A DNA stretch of 63,507 bases, counting the filler, from Sphacelaria rigidula (Eukaryota), in NCBI GenBank assembly GCA_964200075.2. It is 11 parts of 11 records of this genome, joined end to end, with 100 filler letters (N's around TTAATTAATTAA, not from the genome) between each part and the next. Parts side by side here need not be neighbours in the genome. Positions count along the whole stretch, not along the records: positions 1 to 5,683 come from CAXNAA020025283.1; positions 5,784 to 11,466 come from CAXNAA020025284.1; 9 more parts are not named here. The stretch is one strand, 5' to 3'. The stretch's first letter is position 1; the number at the start of each line of letters is the position of its first letter. The notes beneath the pieces are model-generated. The model had not been told where the DNA came from. It worked only from the letters and a program-made list of their open reading frames with translations, and did not search any database. Made by a program: the position numbers and the translations under genes. Below, piece by piece: positions 1 to 11,466 of the stretch.

Positions 1-64
1 GAGACCCGTCGTGTTGATACCTGCGGCACTGCTGCCACGCGCGTTAGCCGTGGCTTACCACTAG
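1..64 (+). mobile_element. Helitron-like 3' terminus abutting the tandem array
   Basis: GC-rich hairpin GCCACG(34-39)...CGTGGC(49-54), then 6 nt later CTAG (61-64) followed by T. Intact array units read cgcA|TATCGTATG and the sequence after CTAG is TATCGTATG, which fits an A|T insertion site. Confidence 0.6.
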
Positions 65-809
65 TATCGTATGAATCGTGTAATCAAGGGGAAGGTGCCC
101 ATCTGCTCAAAACTCTGGGCCATTTGTTTCCCTCGTTGATTAAACCCCATGTCTAGCGATTCCCGTACCTAGCAGACATGGCGCCAAAACTAGAATATCT
201 ATGGAACTCCCGATCGATGCATTTAGCGGATGGTGACGAATTGTGATGTGAAAGAAAACCCGCGAGAGAGCCGAATACAGAAAACAGGGGGGGGGGCTTC
301 TATTCGTATATATTGCATAGAGGTTGAGGCGTTCTCGTGAAGAAATGGTCTATACCATAGTAGAACGCCCTGAACCAGTGAAGGAGATCCAAACAAATAC
401 AACCTGACCCACTTATGTTCGTCAATCATGCCTGAGAGAGCGTCCGCACAAAATTTCAATACACGACAACCAAGCACGGGCCGGTGAGCGGCGTGCGAAA
501 TACTGTTCCGAGTTCGTACAGACCCGGTTCTGTGAAGGGTAAAGAAGCGCATGACAACCGCCAGAAATATGTTTATTCCCTGTCAACCACTGTTGACGTA
601 CAGTTCGTCAGGTCTACTGCGCTATCGTTATAGTTGGCGACCATCAGATAATCACTATCCATCAACCAAGATTTGGACAAATGATCAAAACAGTGAATCA
701 ACACCAACAAGAGATTTGAAGCTACGGTGTACATTCCATTTTGTGCGAAACGCGCGAGCAATCATATATGTTTGGATGTGACAAGTTGGACAAGCCACCA
801 TGAAGAAAT

Positions 810-915
810 GACGCGATGGCTCGGTGGTCACGCTTACGGAAACGTCAGGCTGTGTGATCGGAAACGCTGGTTCGAATCCGTGCGCAAACACAACTGGTCC
901 ATTGTTTCTCTTTTT
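810..915 (+). ncRNA. Putative Pol III small RNA / tRNA-derived SINE-like cassette, copy 1
   Basis: A-box-like TGGCTCGGTGG (817-827), perfect B-box GGTTCGAATCC (869-879), central hairpin with GAAA loop, T5 at 911-915. Confidence 0.55.
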
Positions 916-1743
916 GCTTCGACCTGGGCCAGCCTAGAAACGGGTCTGAGCTCTACAAGCAATATATCACCGACACAGACGAGTTGGGCGTGATTCGCAT
1001 ATCGTATGAATCGTGTAATCAAGGGGAAGGTGCCCATCTGCTCAAACCTCTGGGCCATTTGTTCCCTCATTGATTAAACCCCATGTCTAGCAATTCCCGT
1101 ACCTAGCAGACATGGCGCCAATACTAGAATCTCTATGGAACTCCCGATCGATGCATTTAGCGGATGGCGACGAATTGTGATGTGAAAGAAAACCCGCGAG
1201 AGTGCCGAATACAGAATACAGGGGGGGGCTTCATTCGTATATATTGCATAGAGGTTGAGGCGTTCTCGTGAAGAAATGGTCTATACCATAGTAGAACGCC
1301 CTGAACCAGTGGAGAAGATCGAAAAAATACAACCTGACCCACTTATGTTCGTCAATTATGCCTGAGAGAGCGTCCGCACAAAATTACAATACACGACAAC
1401 CAAGCACGGGCCGGTGAGCGGCGTGCGAAATACTGTTCCGAGTTCGTACAGACCCGGTTTTGTGAAGGGTGAAGAAGCGCATGACAACCGCCAGAAATAT
1501 GTTTATTCCCTGTCGACCATTGTTTACGTACAGTTCGTCAGGTCTACTGCGCTATCGTTATAGTTGGCGACCATCAGATGATCACCATCCATCAACCAAG
1601 ATTTTGGACAAATGATCAAAATAGTGAATCAACACCAACAACAAGAGATTTGAAGCCACCGTGTACAATCCGTTTTGTGCGAAACGCGCAAGCAATCATG
1701 TATGTTTAGATGTGACAAGTTGGGCAAGCCACCATGAAGAAAC

Positions 1744-1849
1744 GACGCGATGGCTCGGTGGTCACGCTTACGGAAACGTCAGGCTGTGTGATCGGAAACG
1801 CTGGTTCGAATCCGTGCGCAAACACAACTGGTCCATTGTTTCTCTTTTT
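1744..1849 (+). ncRNA. Putative Pol III small RNA cassette, copy 2
   Basis: Same A-box, hairpin, B-box and T5 as copy 1. Confidence 0.55.
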
Positions 1850-2674
1850 GCTACGACCTGGGCCAGCCTAGAAACGGGTCTGAGCTCTACAAGCAATATA
1901 TCACCGACACAGACGAGTTGGGCCATGATCCGCATATCGTATGAATCGTGTAATCAAGAGGAAGGTGCCCATCTGCTCAAACCTCTGGGCCATTTGTTTC
2001 CCTCGTCGAGTAAACCCCATGTCTAGCGATTCCCATACCTAGCAGACATGGCGCCAATACTAGAATCTCTATGGAACTCCCGATCAATGCATTGAGCGGA
2101 TGGCGACGAATTGTGATGTGAAAAACCCCGAGAGAGTGCCGAATACAGAAAACAGGGAAAGCCTTCATCTGTATTTTTTGCATAGAGGTTGGGGCGCTCT
2201 CGTGACGAAATGGTCTATACCATGGTAGAACGCCCTGAACCAGCGAAGAAGACCCAAACAAATACAACCTGACCCACTTATTTTCGTCAATTACGCCTCA
2301 GGGAGCGTCCATACAAAATCTCAATACACGATAGCCAAGCACGGGCCGGTGAGCGGCGTGCGAAATACTGTTCCGAGTTCGTACAGACCCGGTTTTGTGA
2401 AGGGTAAAGAAGCGCATGACAACTGCCAGAAATATGTTTATTCCCTGTCAACCATTGTTTACGTACAGTTCGTCAGGTCTTCTGTGCCATTATTATAGTT
2501 GGCGACCATCAGATAATCACCATCCATCAACCAAGATCCGGACAAATGATCAAAACAGTGAATCAACACGAACAAGAGATTTGAAGCTACGGTGTACAAT
2601 CCGTCTTGAGCGAAACGCGCAAGCAATCATGTATGTTTGGATGTGACAAGTTGGGCAAGCCACCATGAAGAAAC

Positions 2675-2780
2675 GACGCGATGGCTCGGTGGTCACGCTG
2701 ACGGAAACGTCAGGCTGTGTGATCGGAAACGCTGGTTCGAATCCGTGCGCAAACACAACTGGCCCATTGTTTCTCTTTTT
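2675..2780 (+). ncRNA. Putative Pol III small RNA cassette, copy 3
   Basis: Same architecture; hairpin CTGACG-GAAA-CGTCAG is perfect. Confidence 0.55.
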
Positions 2781-3609
2781 GCTACGAACTGGGCCAGCCT
2801 AGAAACGGGTCTGAGCTCTACACGCAATATATCACCGACACAGACGAGTTGGGCCGTGATCCGCATATCGTATGAATCGTGTAATCAAGAGGAAGGTGCC
2901 CATCTGCTCAAAACTCTGGGCCATTTGTTTTCCCCGTCGAGTAAACCCCATGTCTAGCAATTCCCATACCTAGCAGACATGGCGCCAATACTAGAATCTC
3001 TATGGAACTCCCGATCGATGCATTCAGCGGATGGCGACGAATTGTGATGTGAAAAACCCCGAGAGAGTGCCGAATACAGAAAACAGGGAAAGCCTTCATC
3101 TGTATTTTTTGCATAGAGGTTGAGGCGCTCTCGTGAAGAAATGGTCTATACCATAGTAGAACGCCCTGAACCAGTGAAGAAGATCGAAACAAATACAACC
3201 TGACCCACTTATTTTCGTCAATTACGCCTCAGGGAGCGTCCATACAAAATTTCAATACACGATAGCCAAGCACGGGCCGGTGAGCGGCGTGCGAAATACT
3301 GTTCCGGGTTCGTACAGACCCGGTTTTGTGAAGGGTGGAGAAGCGCATGACAACCGCCAGAAATATGTTTATTCCCTGTCAACCATTGTTTACGTACAGT
3401 TCGTCAGGTCTACTGCGCTTTTGTTATAGTTGGCGACCATCAGATAATCACCATCCATCAGTCAAGATTTTGGACAAATGATCAAAACAGTGAATCAACA
3501 CCAACAACAAGAGATTTGAAGCTACCGTGTACAATCCGTCTTGTGCGAAACGCGCAAGCAATCATGTATGTTTAGATGTGACAAGTTGGACAAGCCACCA
3601 TGAAGGAAT

Positions 3610-3715
3610 GACGCGATGGCTCGGTGGTCACGCTGACGGAAACGTCAGGCTGTGTGATCGGAAACGCTGGTTCGAATCCGTGCGCAAACACAACTGGTCC
3701 ATTGTTTCTCTTTTT
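3610..3715 (+). ncRNA. Putative Pol III small RNA cassette, copy 4
   Basis: Same architecture; hairpin CTGACG-GAAA-CGTCAG is perfect. Confidence 0.55.
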
Positions 3716-4539
3716 GCTACGACCTGGGCCAGCCTAGAAACGGGTCTGAGCTCTACAAGCAATATATCACCGACACAGACGAGTTGGGCCGTGATCCGCA
3801 TATCGTATGAATCGTGTAATCAAGGGGAAGGTGCCCATCTGCTCGAAACTCTGGGCCATTTGTTCCCTCGTTGATCAAACCCCATGTCTAGCGATTCCCG
3901 TACCTAGCAGACATGGCGCCAATACTAGAATATCTATGGAACTCCCGATCGATGCATTCAGCGGATGGCGACGAATTGTGATGTGAAAAGACCCCGCAAG
4001 AGTGCCGAATACAAAAAACAGGGGGGGCTTCTATTCGTATTCATTGCATAGAGGTTGAGGCGTTCTCGTGAAGAAATGGTCTATATCATAGCAGAACGCC
4101 CTGAACCAGTGAAGAAGATCGAAAAAATACAACCTGACCCACTTATGTTCGTCAATCATGCCTTAGGGAGCGTCCGCACAAAATTTCATTACACGACAAC
4201 CAAACACGGGTCGGTGAGCGGCGTGCGAAATACTGTTCCGAGTTCGTACAGACCCGGTTCTGTGAAGGGTGAAGAAGCGCATGACAACCGCCAGAAATAT
4301 ATTCATTCCTTGTTCACCGTTGTTTACGTACAGTTCGTCAGGTCTACTGCGCTATTGTTATAGTTGGCGACCGTCAAATTATCACGATCCATCAACCAAG
4401 ATTTGGACAAGTGATCAAAACAGTGAATCAACACCAACAAGAGATTTGAAGCTACGGTGTACAACCCGCTTTGTGCGAAACGCGCAAGCAATCATGTATG
4501 TTAAAATGTGACAAGTTGGACAAGCTACAATGAAGAAAT

Positions 4540-4645
4540 GACGCGATGGCTCGGTGGTCACGCTGACGGAAACGTCCGGCTGTGTGATCGGAAACGCTGG
4601 TTCGAATCCGTGCGCAAACACAACTGGTCCATTGTTTCTCTTTTT
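4540..4645 (+). ncRNA. Putative Pol III small RNA cassette, copy 5
   Basis: Same architecture; one substitution in the 3' arm of the hairpin. Confidence 0.55.
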
Positions 4646-5683
4646 GCTACGACCTGGGCCAGCGTAGAAACGGATCTGAGCTCTACAAGCAATATATCAT
4701 CGACACAGACGAGTTGGGCCGTGATCCGCATATCGTATGAATCGTGTAATCAAGGGGAAGGTGCCCATCTGCTCGAACCTCTTGGCCATTTGTTCCCTCG
4801 TTGATCAAACCCCATGTCTAGCGATTCCCGTACCTAGCAGACATGGCGCCAATACTAGAATATCTATGGAACTCCCGACCGATGCATTCAGCGGATGGCG
4901 ACGACCTGTGAAGTGGAAGAAAACCCGCAAGAGTGCCGAATACAGAAAACAGGGGGGGCTTCTGTTCGTATTTATTGCATAGAGGTTGAGGCGTTCTCGT
5001 GAAGAAATGGTCTACACCATAGTAGAACGCCCTGAACCAGTGGAGAAGATCCAAAAAAATACAACCTGACCCACTTATGTTCGTCAATTATGCCATAGGG
5101 AGCGTCCGCACAAAATTTCAATACACGATAACCAAGCACGGGTCGGTGAGCGGCGTGCGAAATACTGTTCCGAGTTCGTACAGACCCGGTTCTGTGAAGG
5201 GTGAAGAAGCGCATGACAACCGCCAGAAATATGTTTATTCCCTGTCAACCATTGTTTACGTACAGTTCGTCAGGTCTACTGCGCTATTGTTATAGTTGGC
5301 GACCATCAAATTATCACGATCCATCAAAAATTTTGGGGCTAGCACTTCCCTTCCTCCTGGCCTGCTCCCTGCGGGGGTGGGCCGAGGACCGCTAGTGATC
5401 TTTAACAACACACACAAAGACCACCAAACCAACGGAAGCGGAGCAAGGAAAGGTAAGGGACACGAACCCTAGCATCGTGTCGACGTGGGCTCTGAGGTTT
5501 GGGGCGATAGGAGATGCAGGGGTCGTGAGACACAGTGTAACTCATATCGCACTAAGTGTTTCAGATACCACCCCCTTCCCCCGACTGCCCATACTGGGGT
5601 GGGCAGAAGTCCACCTGTGATCTTAGACCACCATTCAAAGATCAGTCAACGACGGTGGAGACACGAGTACGAACCTCGTATCG

Positions 5684-5783
5684 NNNNNNNNNNNNNNNNN
5701 NNNNNNNNNNNNNNNNNNNNNNNNNNNTTAATTAATTAANNNNNNNNNNNNNNNNNNNNNNNNNNNNNNNNNNNNNNNNNNNN
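5684..5783. other. Artificial contig spacer (also at 11467-11566, 17250-17349, 23033-23132, 28816-28915, 34598-34697, 40380-40479, 46162-46261, 51944-52043, 57726-57825)
   Basis: Identical N44-TTAATTAATTAA-N44 blocks (stops in all six frames) separate segments of 5683 or 5682 bp. Confidence 0.99.
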
Positions 5784-6569
5784 GTTGTCACAGACGTAGG
5801 CTCATCTTTCCAATACCGTCCCTGCTATTCCTTACAAGACATATTACCAAAAATAAAAATACGAAGAGAGACGCCACGAAAACATGTGAGAAGTAGCTCC
5901 TCCGAGTTCAACCGATGAAAAAAACATACAAATAGGAAACGACAACGTTACTGCCAAAAAGAAATAAACACACCGAAAGAAAGGAACAGAGACAAAAGAA
6001 GTAAATGGGTATGCATTCTCATTTCGTTTTCAAGCAGGAAAAAACTTTCGAACAGGGTTTGGCAAGATTTGAGCCTAGACTACGTGCGCAACGAATGTAC
6101 CGAAAAGGAGTGAAGACCAAATGTGCGAGAGATGGAAGTTGTCCGTTTTTAAATCTCGCGTCTGCTTCGAACGAAAACAACTTTCAACACAGGTGTTGGC
6201 AAGAACCGAGCAGGAGGCTGGATCGGGGGTGCTGGTCAACTCGTGCTGCCCCGGTGAGCATCATGTCTTGCCCTCGGGAAGGAGTTGAAAAGCGGGGGAA
6301 GAAAAAAATAATTGAATTTCAATGAAATAATTTGTATGTATCCCATACTCGTGCGTACGTTGTAGTTGCATCATTTCCGTGCGCCATTTTCGTTGGCGCT
6401 GTACTTATTTCGAGAAACAGACAAAATCGGGTATAATATGTGGTTTCAGGAACAAAAATTAGCAGCGCGCACTTCGGTTCGGGGAGAATCGCTGCACGCG
6501 GGCTGAGCACCTCTGCATTACCTTGCAGCGCCTCAATCCTACAACGTGCTCGGGCAGCACGCCCAACCG

Positions 6570-8195
6570 TTCGACCGAGGAGGTGCAGCCTGCTGCTGGC
6601 TGCCCCTAGACTCGTAAGATCCGACGATGTGTGCAGGGCGCGAGCGATTGTGTGCAGGAGATTGCAAAGATCCAAAGATATGCGGAAAGTCTTGCCGGTA
6701 CCCACACGCCCGCACGTCATCATGTAGCATCATCATGTGGAGCACCAGAGCGTAGCGAGTTCTGCGTTTTGCGGACTGGTACCAACCGTTATCGATCAGA
6801 TTACAATGAAGTACGAGTCGGATTACGCATGATGGGATATACTGGTCATGAAGCGTAGTACGCATATTTCAGGTTCTCGAGAGGAGCAAAGCACAGTGTG
6901 CCACACCACAGTGGAACGATATCGAGCCCCTCACGAACGATGTCATGCTGCGACGCTTCATCAAACCGGAAATACTTCACCTCGGTCGACCCCCACAAAA
7001 AGGGCTGCTCTGCCTCGAAAGGGGTGCGTGGTCAATGGTTAAACGACCAAGACAAGCAACGAATGAGCACCCCCCCCCCCACACACACACACATACGCGA
7101 AAAAAGAGATGCAGGTGCAGCCGCTGGTACACGCTATCCTCACTTGAAAATATCTCCTGGTAATTATAAGTTCTCGACGGTGCCGAAGACGCGCGTATAA
7201 AGTAGAATCGTGTTCAAATCGTACGCGTTGTTGAGTGTACACCAGTGTCAACCCGACTTGATTGTGCTACATGTGTTTTGCAACCCCGTTCACGCTGTAC
7301 GCATGCTGCTCAACTTTCTGACCACCCCAACCCTAGGCCTCCCGAGAACCCTCAAATCGAAGTGTCGTACACGAAGTGTGCGTTGACAGACCTCAAATCG
7401 GCGCTCGTGACGCCGATTTCGACAAAAGCGCGTTCTGCGTACGGTACAAAGTACTCAGGACCCACTGAAAATCCGACTCTCGGTGTCCACACAAAACTCA
7501 AGTAATTAACGTGGATATAATGGTTCCGAACTGGCGAAAACTATGCTGCAAAACGAGGGCCGAAAGGTGACGAAACATAATCCGCGCGTCCGACCGGCGG
7601 ACGGATATTATTATTATCATTTATTATTATTTTGTTTACAAAGATCCGACTTTCGGTGTCCAGACAAAAATCAAGTAATTAACGTGGATGTAATGGTTCC
7701 GAACTATGGAAAACTATGCTGCACAAAAAGGGCGGAAAGGAGGTGACGAAACATAATCCGCGCGTCCGACCGGCGGGCGGGATTATCCTCCTTTGCCGTT
7801 GGGGATCTAGTTCGCAGTAATGCAGGCGAGAGTCTAGTGCATGTACGGCACTTGTGGATTTTTCGTATCCACTCGATCGTTCCGTGTGTTACGCCCTGCT
7901 TTGCTCCTCTCGAGAACGTGAGATATGTGTACTACGCTTCCCCAGCAGTACGTCCCATTATGCATCATCCGATTTGTACTTTATTGCAACCCGGCCGGTT
8001 ACCAGTCCCGCTACGCTCTGATGCTCCACATGATGATGGCACATGATGAAGTGCGGGCGTGTGTGTGCCGGCGAGACTTTCATGCATTGTTGGACGTTTG
8101 TGATTTCCCGCACACAAGCGTTCGCGCCCTGCACAAATCGTTGGATCTATTGGATCTGCAGTGCAACGAGCAGCAGGCTACAACTCCTCAGTCGT
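6570..8195. repeat. Diverged inverted repeat pair, arms ~6570-6925 and ~7870-8195
   Basis: For example catcatcatgtggagcaccagagcgtagcg near 6730 is the approximate reverse complement of cgctacgctctgatgctccacatgatgatg near 8010, and ttctcgagaggagcaaagca matches tgctttgctcctctcgagaa. Confidence 0.8.
7470..7785. repeat. Direct duplication, period ~173 bp
   Basis: tcaagtaattaacgtggat...ggtgacgaaacataatccgcgcgtccgaccggcgg occurs twice. Confidence 0.85.
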
Positions 8196-8239
8196 TGAGC
8201 TTTTCGGCTGTTGTGGCAAGGTATAATATGTCAAAATAG

Positions 8240-9434
8240 CAGTGTTGAGAATCGGATATCGATACTCGATACGATTTCGATAATATCGGTCGATACGGCG
8301 TATCGGTATCGCCGCTTCCCAAGCCGATATTTGTCGATACGTATCAATATCAATATCAGTATCGAATATTGATACGGTCGATATATGTATATATATATAT
8401 TTTACCGGGGGGTGGTGGACAGCACATCGTCCCACCGCCCATCACGCCACTGCCCACCACCCCGCCACACTCCACACACAACACACACCGCACAGCCACT
8501 TGCTGCGAACCACACCGGTCTGCAACATGAACCGCCTTCAGACATTCGGCTTTGTGAAAGGCGGTAACGCATATTCTGCGGTCGACGTTTCTGCCGAACC
8601 GTCTGTATTTGTGTCTACTATGGTCGACGTTGTTGCCGAACCGTTTGTATCTGTGTCTGCTACGGCGGCTGCTGCTGCACCAGTGGCCGCCCCAGTGCCC
8701 TCAACCAAGAGTGGAGAGAGTCGGGAATCAGAGTTACCCGCGAAGTTTTGGGTGTCTGGAGAGTATACTTCGTTGTGTAGCCGACAATGAAAAAATTGTA
8801 CCTATGCTGCCGACGTATCCCTTGTCTAGTATGGAGAACAGAAGAAGCGAGCGCGCATTTGCATCCATCATTTATCGCCCAGTTTCGACGTTTGGCGCGT
8901 TTGTCTTTGAATAATGAGTGCATTCGCAGTGCGCAGTGCGCAGAGCCGAGGTAAATGCTCAAATTCGATAGAAACATGGCGGAATTGTGGCCGCGGAATA
9001 TACTTTACTTTATCAGCGGCTTAAAGAACACTATCATGCATCACACCTCGAGTTGTGATCACCTACCTCTCTTGCGACTTGCCTCTTGCACGATGAACCA
9101 TTTTGGTCAAACCGAAGCATCACGCCTTGTGCCGCTGCTTCTATGATATCCGATAACAAATCACAAATCACACTCTGGTGCTGCTGTACCTTCGTACAAG
9201 TAGGCGTGCACCCACTCCAGGTTAGGTTGCTAGTGTCAGTGTAGTACCGTGAGGTCTTGCAAGCTGTGTCCCCACCAAAACAGCCGTATCGTATCGTATA
9301 GAGTATCAGTATCGAGTATCGATACATATCGGGTCATTTTCCGCGTATCGAAGACATATCGATACTGACGTCTCGAGGTCGATACATTAAAAATATCGTA
9401 TCGAACTTTTTTTTCCGTTCGAAATTCAACACTG
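8240..9434. mobile_element. Non-autonomous hAT-like element
   Basis: Termini CAGTGTTGA...TCAACACTG; 8-bp flanks caaaatag/caaaaccg (6/8 match); dense subterminal GATAC/GTATC/TCGAT motifs at both ends. Confidence 0.7.
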
Positions 9435-10221
9435 CAAAACCGGGTATATTTGTGTCTGTTCGGCGTATCCTCCGCAAAGCCCGCGGCATACAGTCCCACG
9501 CCAAAATATAGCTAGGAAGCCTTTTTTCGGGACAGAATCTGACCTTTTTTCACCTCGTCGCTTACTGCTGTCACGTGCAACCCCAGATCAAGGCGCATGG
9601 GCAGCCCAAAAGCTTTCGGGTTGCTCTTTTGCAAAAGTAAACCATGATATCCTTGTTGTAATTTGGATTCCCAAGCCCGATGCCGTGCCTACATTGATTC
9701 CATAAAAACCTTCCCCGTTTCTGCCCCCTATCCCTCTTTTCCATCCTTGTCCCCTGCGCGTGTATGCATCATGCATGCTCGCGATCCGAATGGCCGTGTG
9801 TTACCCTTCATATGTTTAATCGCCGCCAGGGTACGTCGCAACGGACATGACCTCGCACATGGGGCCCATGCCAACAGAGCAAGGCGCGCGCACTCCGTAC
9901 ATGCTCACCCAGATAAAGCCTCTGCGGGAGGGAGGGGTCACGGGGAAATTCTTTCAGAGGGAGGCTATCTCGACCTGGTGAAGACTGAAAAGCCATGATG
10001 TGTATCACGCGTGCATACACCCCGCTTCCCGTGTGCTGGTGCTTGTATGCCTCTAAAGCGTGTGAGTTCGGGATGTTGATATGCATGTTAATGTATGCGT
10101 GGGTCAGCCGTCGATGTTTCTAGACCATTTGATCGACGAGATGGGTCGAGGCAGCGAGTTTTCGTCGGGTCAGAGGGTTCGGTTTCCCCATTCTCCGTTC
10201 CCATGTTGGCCTGCGGTGCTC

Positions 10222-10310
10222 GGCGTAACGTCTCGGTGGTTCATTAAACACTGGCACAAGTGAAGCCAGTTATGTCGGAGGAATGTGGGTTTGAATCCCG
10301 CCAGATGTAC
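10222..10310 (+). other. Degenerate tRNA-like / SINE-head element
   Basis: A-box-like CGTCTCGGTGG (10229-10239), hairpin ACTGGC...GCCAGT, B-box-like GGTTTGAATCC (10288-10298) inside a 5-bp T-arm-like stem GTGGG/CCCGC. Confidence 0.35.
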
Positions 10311-11287
10311 TTCATTCCTCTGATTCACGTCGGTGAAAGCTTGAATATGTGAATAGGGGGGGCAGCTCGTTATCATAGACGACAGTCGCGACGCGGTGCT
10401 GGAGTGCCGATCCAATCTACTTTACCGAAACAAGTGCAAGGCGTTTACAAGGGGAGATATGGGTTGATCCTGCGAGACCACGGACTCGTTCCGAGATGGG
10501 GGGGTTAAAAGGTGTGGCGCATGCACGCGTACACTAACAAGTGCTGCAGTATTATATGGTAGTAGGGTTTTATTCGGTATTTACCTTGAGGGCGCAATTG
10601 AATGTCAACACCGTAGAACCGTCGCAGGTGTCCCGGTGCAAGGTACTACTGCACCCGTAAGACAGGAACAGTTGTTGCCTGGTGTCGAACTATTCACTTT
10701 CTATCTCTCTCTAGCCAGCACTTTGTAGTGTCGGGGCGTCCTTCCTACCCCGAGGTATGTTCCTCACGTATGGTGCGGCAATCATTGAACCAATTTAACA
10801 AGGCTTGGTATATCTGTCTGGTTGTCATCACTACATTTGTTGTACGTAATGTATGTATACTCCTTGAACTGCCCTTTTTCGGGAGATACCAATAGGGTAC
10901 TCTATGTACCTTGTACGGAGTCAACCTACTCCATATATATCTTGGGTATTGTGTGTGTATTTCAACGTGTAAGCTGCGGTGCACAGAGGGGGGCATGTAA
11001 TGCTTGTAACGGCTGAACAGAGTAGGATATGGTAGGATAATCTTTCTTGTGCCTCGATTCTATTCCCCTTTGGGCTGTTTCGTGCTTGCTCATGTGCGGT
11101 TTGCTGCTTATTTTTCCTGTTTGAATGTGAACGGTGATTCACCTTCAGCCAGAGGTTGTTGCAAATATTTCGAGCCCGTGCCTTCCCACAAAAGGCCGCA
11201 CACTTGACTCCTAACTTCGGGGTGCGGGCGGCCAAGTCGTTAACGCACCTTTAAAAAATGCTTGACCATTTCTCGACAGTCCACTAC

Positions 11288-11466
11288 AACCAAGGTTTTC
11301 GTGAGAATGAGAGTTGGGTGCGGATTGAAAGTGGCTATGATCATTCGCTTTAACTCGGCCAATTTTTCATTCCGTGTATGCTTTTCGTCGTCTCATCACT
11401 GCCATGCGCTTACAACTACAAGTTGGTATCCTACTCAGGGGTATCGAGGACCTCAGTGGCAAGCTA
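11288..11466 (+). mobile_element. Partial copy of the ~290-bp GTTTTCGTGAGA-TIR MITE
   Basis: Aligns by eye to 14871-15045; truncated by the contig end. Confidence 0.7.

Larger units (their letters stand above)
65..5330. repeat. Tandem array of ~930-935 bp units (~5.6 copies)
   Basis: The same sequence recurs at offsets of 934, 931, 935 and 930 bp (GACGCGATGGCTCGG at 810, 1744, 2675, 3610, 4540). Units differ by scattered substitutions and small indels. Confidence 0.97.

Noticed and set aside
810..915. Canonical tRNA or SRP (7SL) RNA
   Set aside because: No 7-nt anticodon loop, poor D and acceptor stems. TCGGAAACG resembles SRP helix 8, but the following AGCAG motif and the ~300-nt length are missing.
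223..5395. Recurrent short ORFs in the tandem array as a protein-coding gene cluster
   Set aside because: Frames and stops change between units through non-triplet indels, and no domain motif is recognisable.
5728..5739. Conserved TTAATTAATTAA regulatory motif
   Set aside because: Synthetic six-frame-stop linker inside the N spacers.
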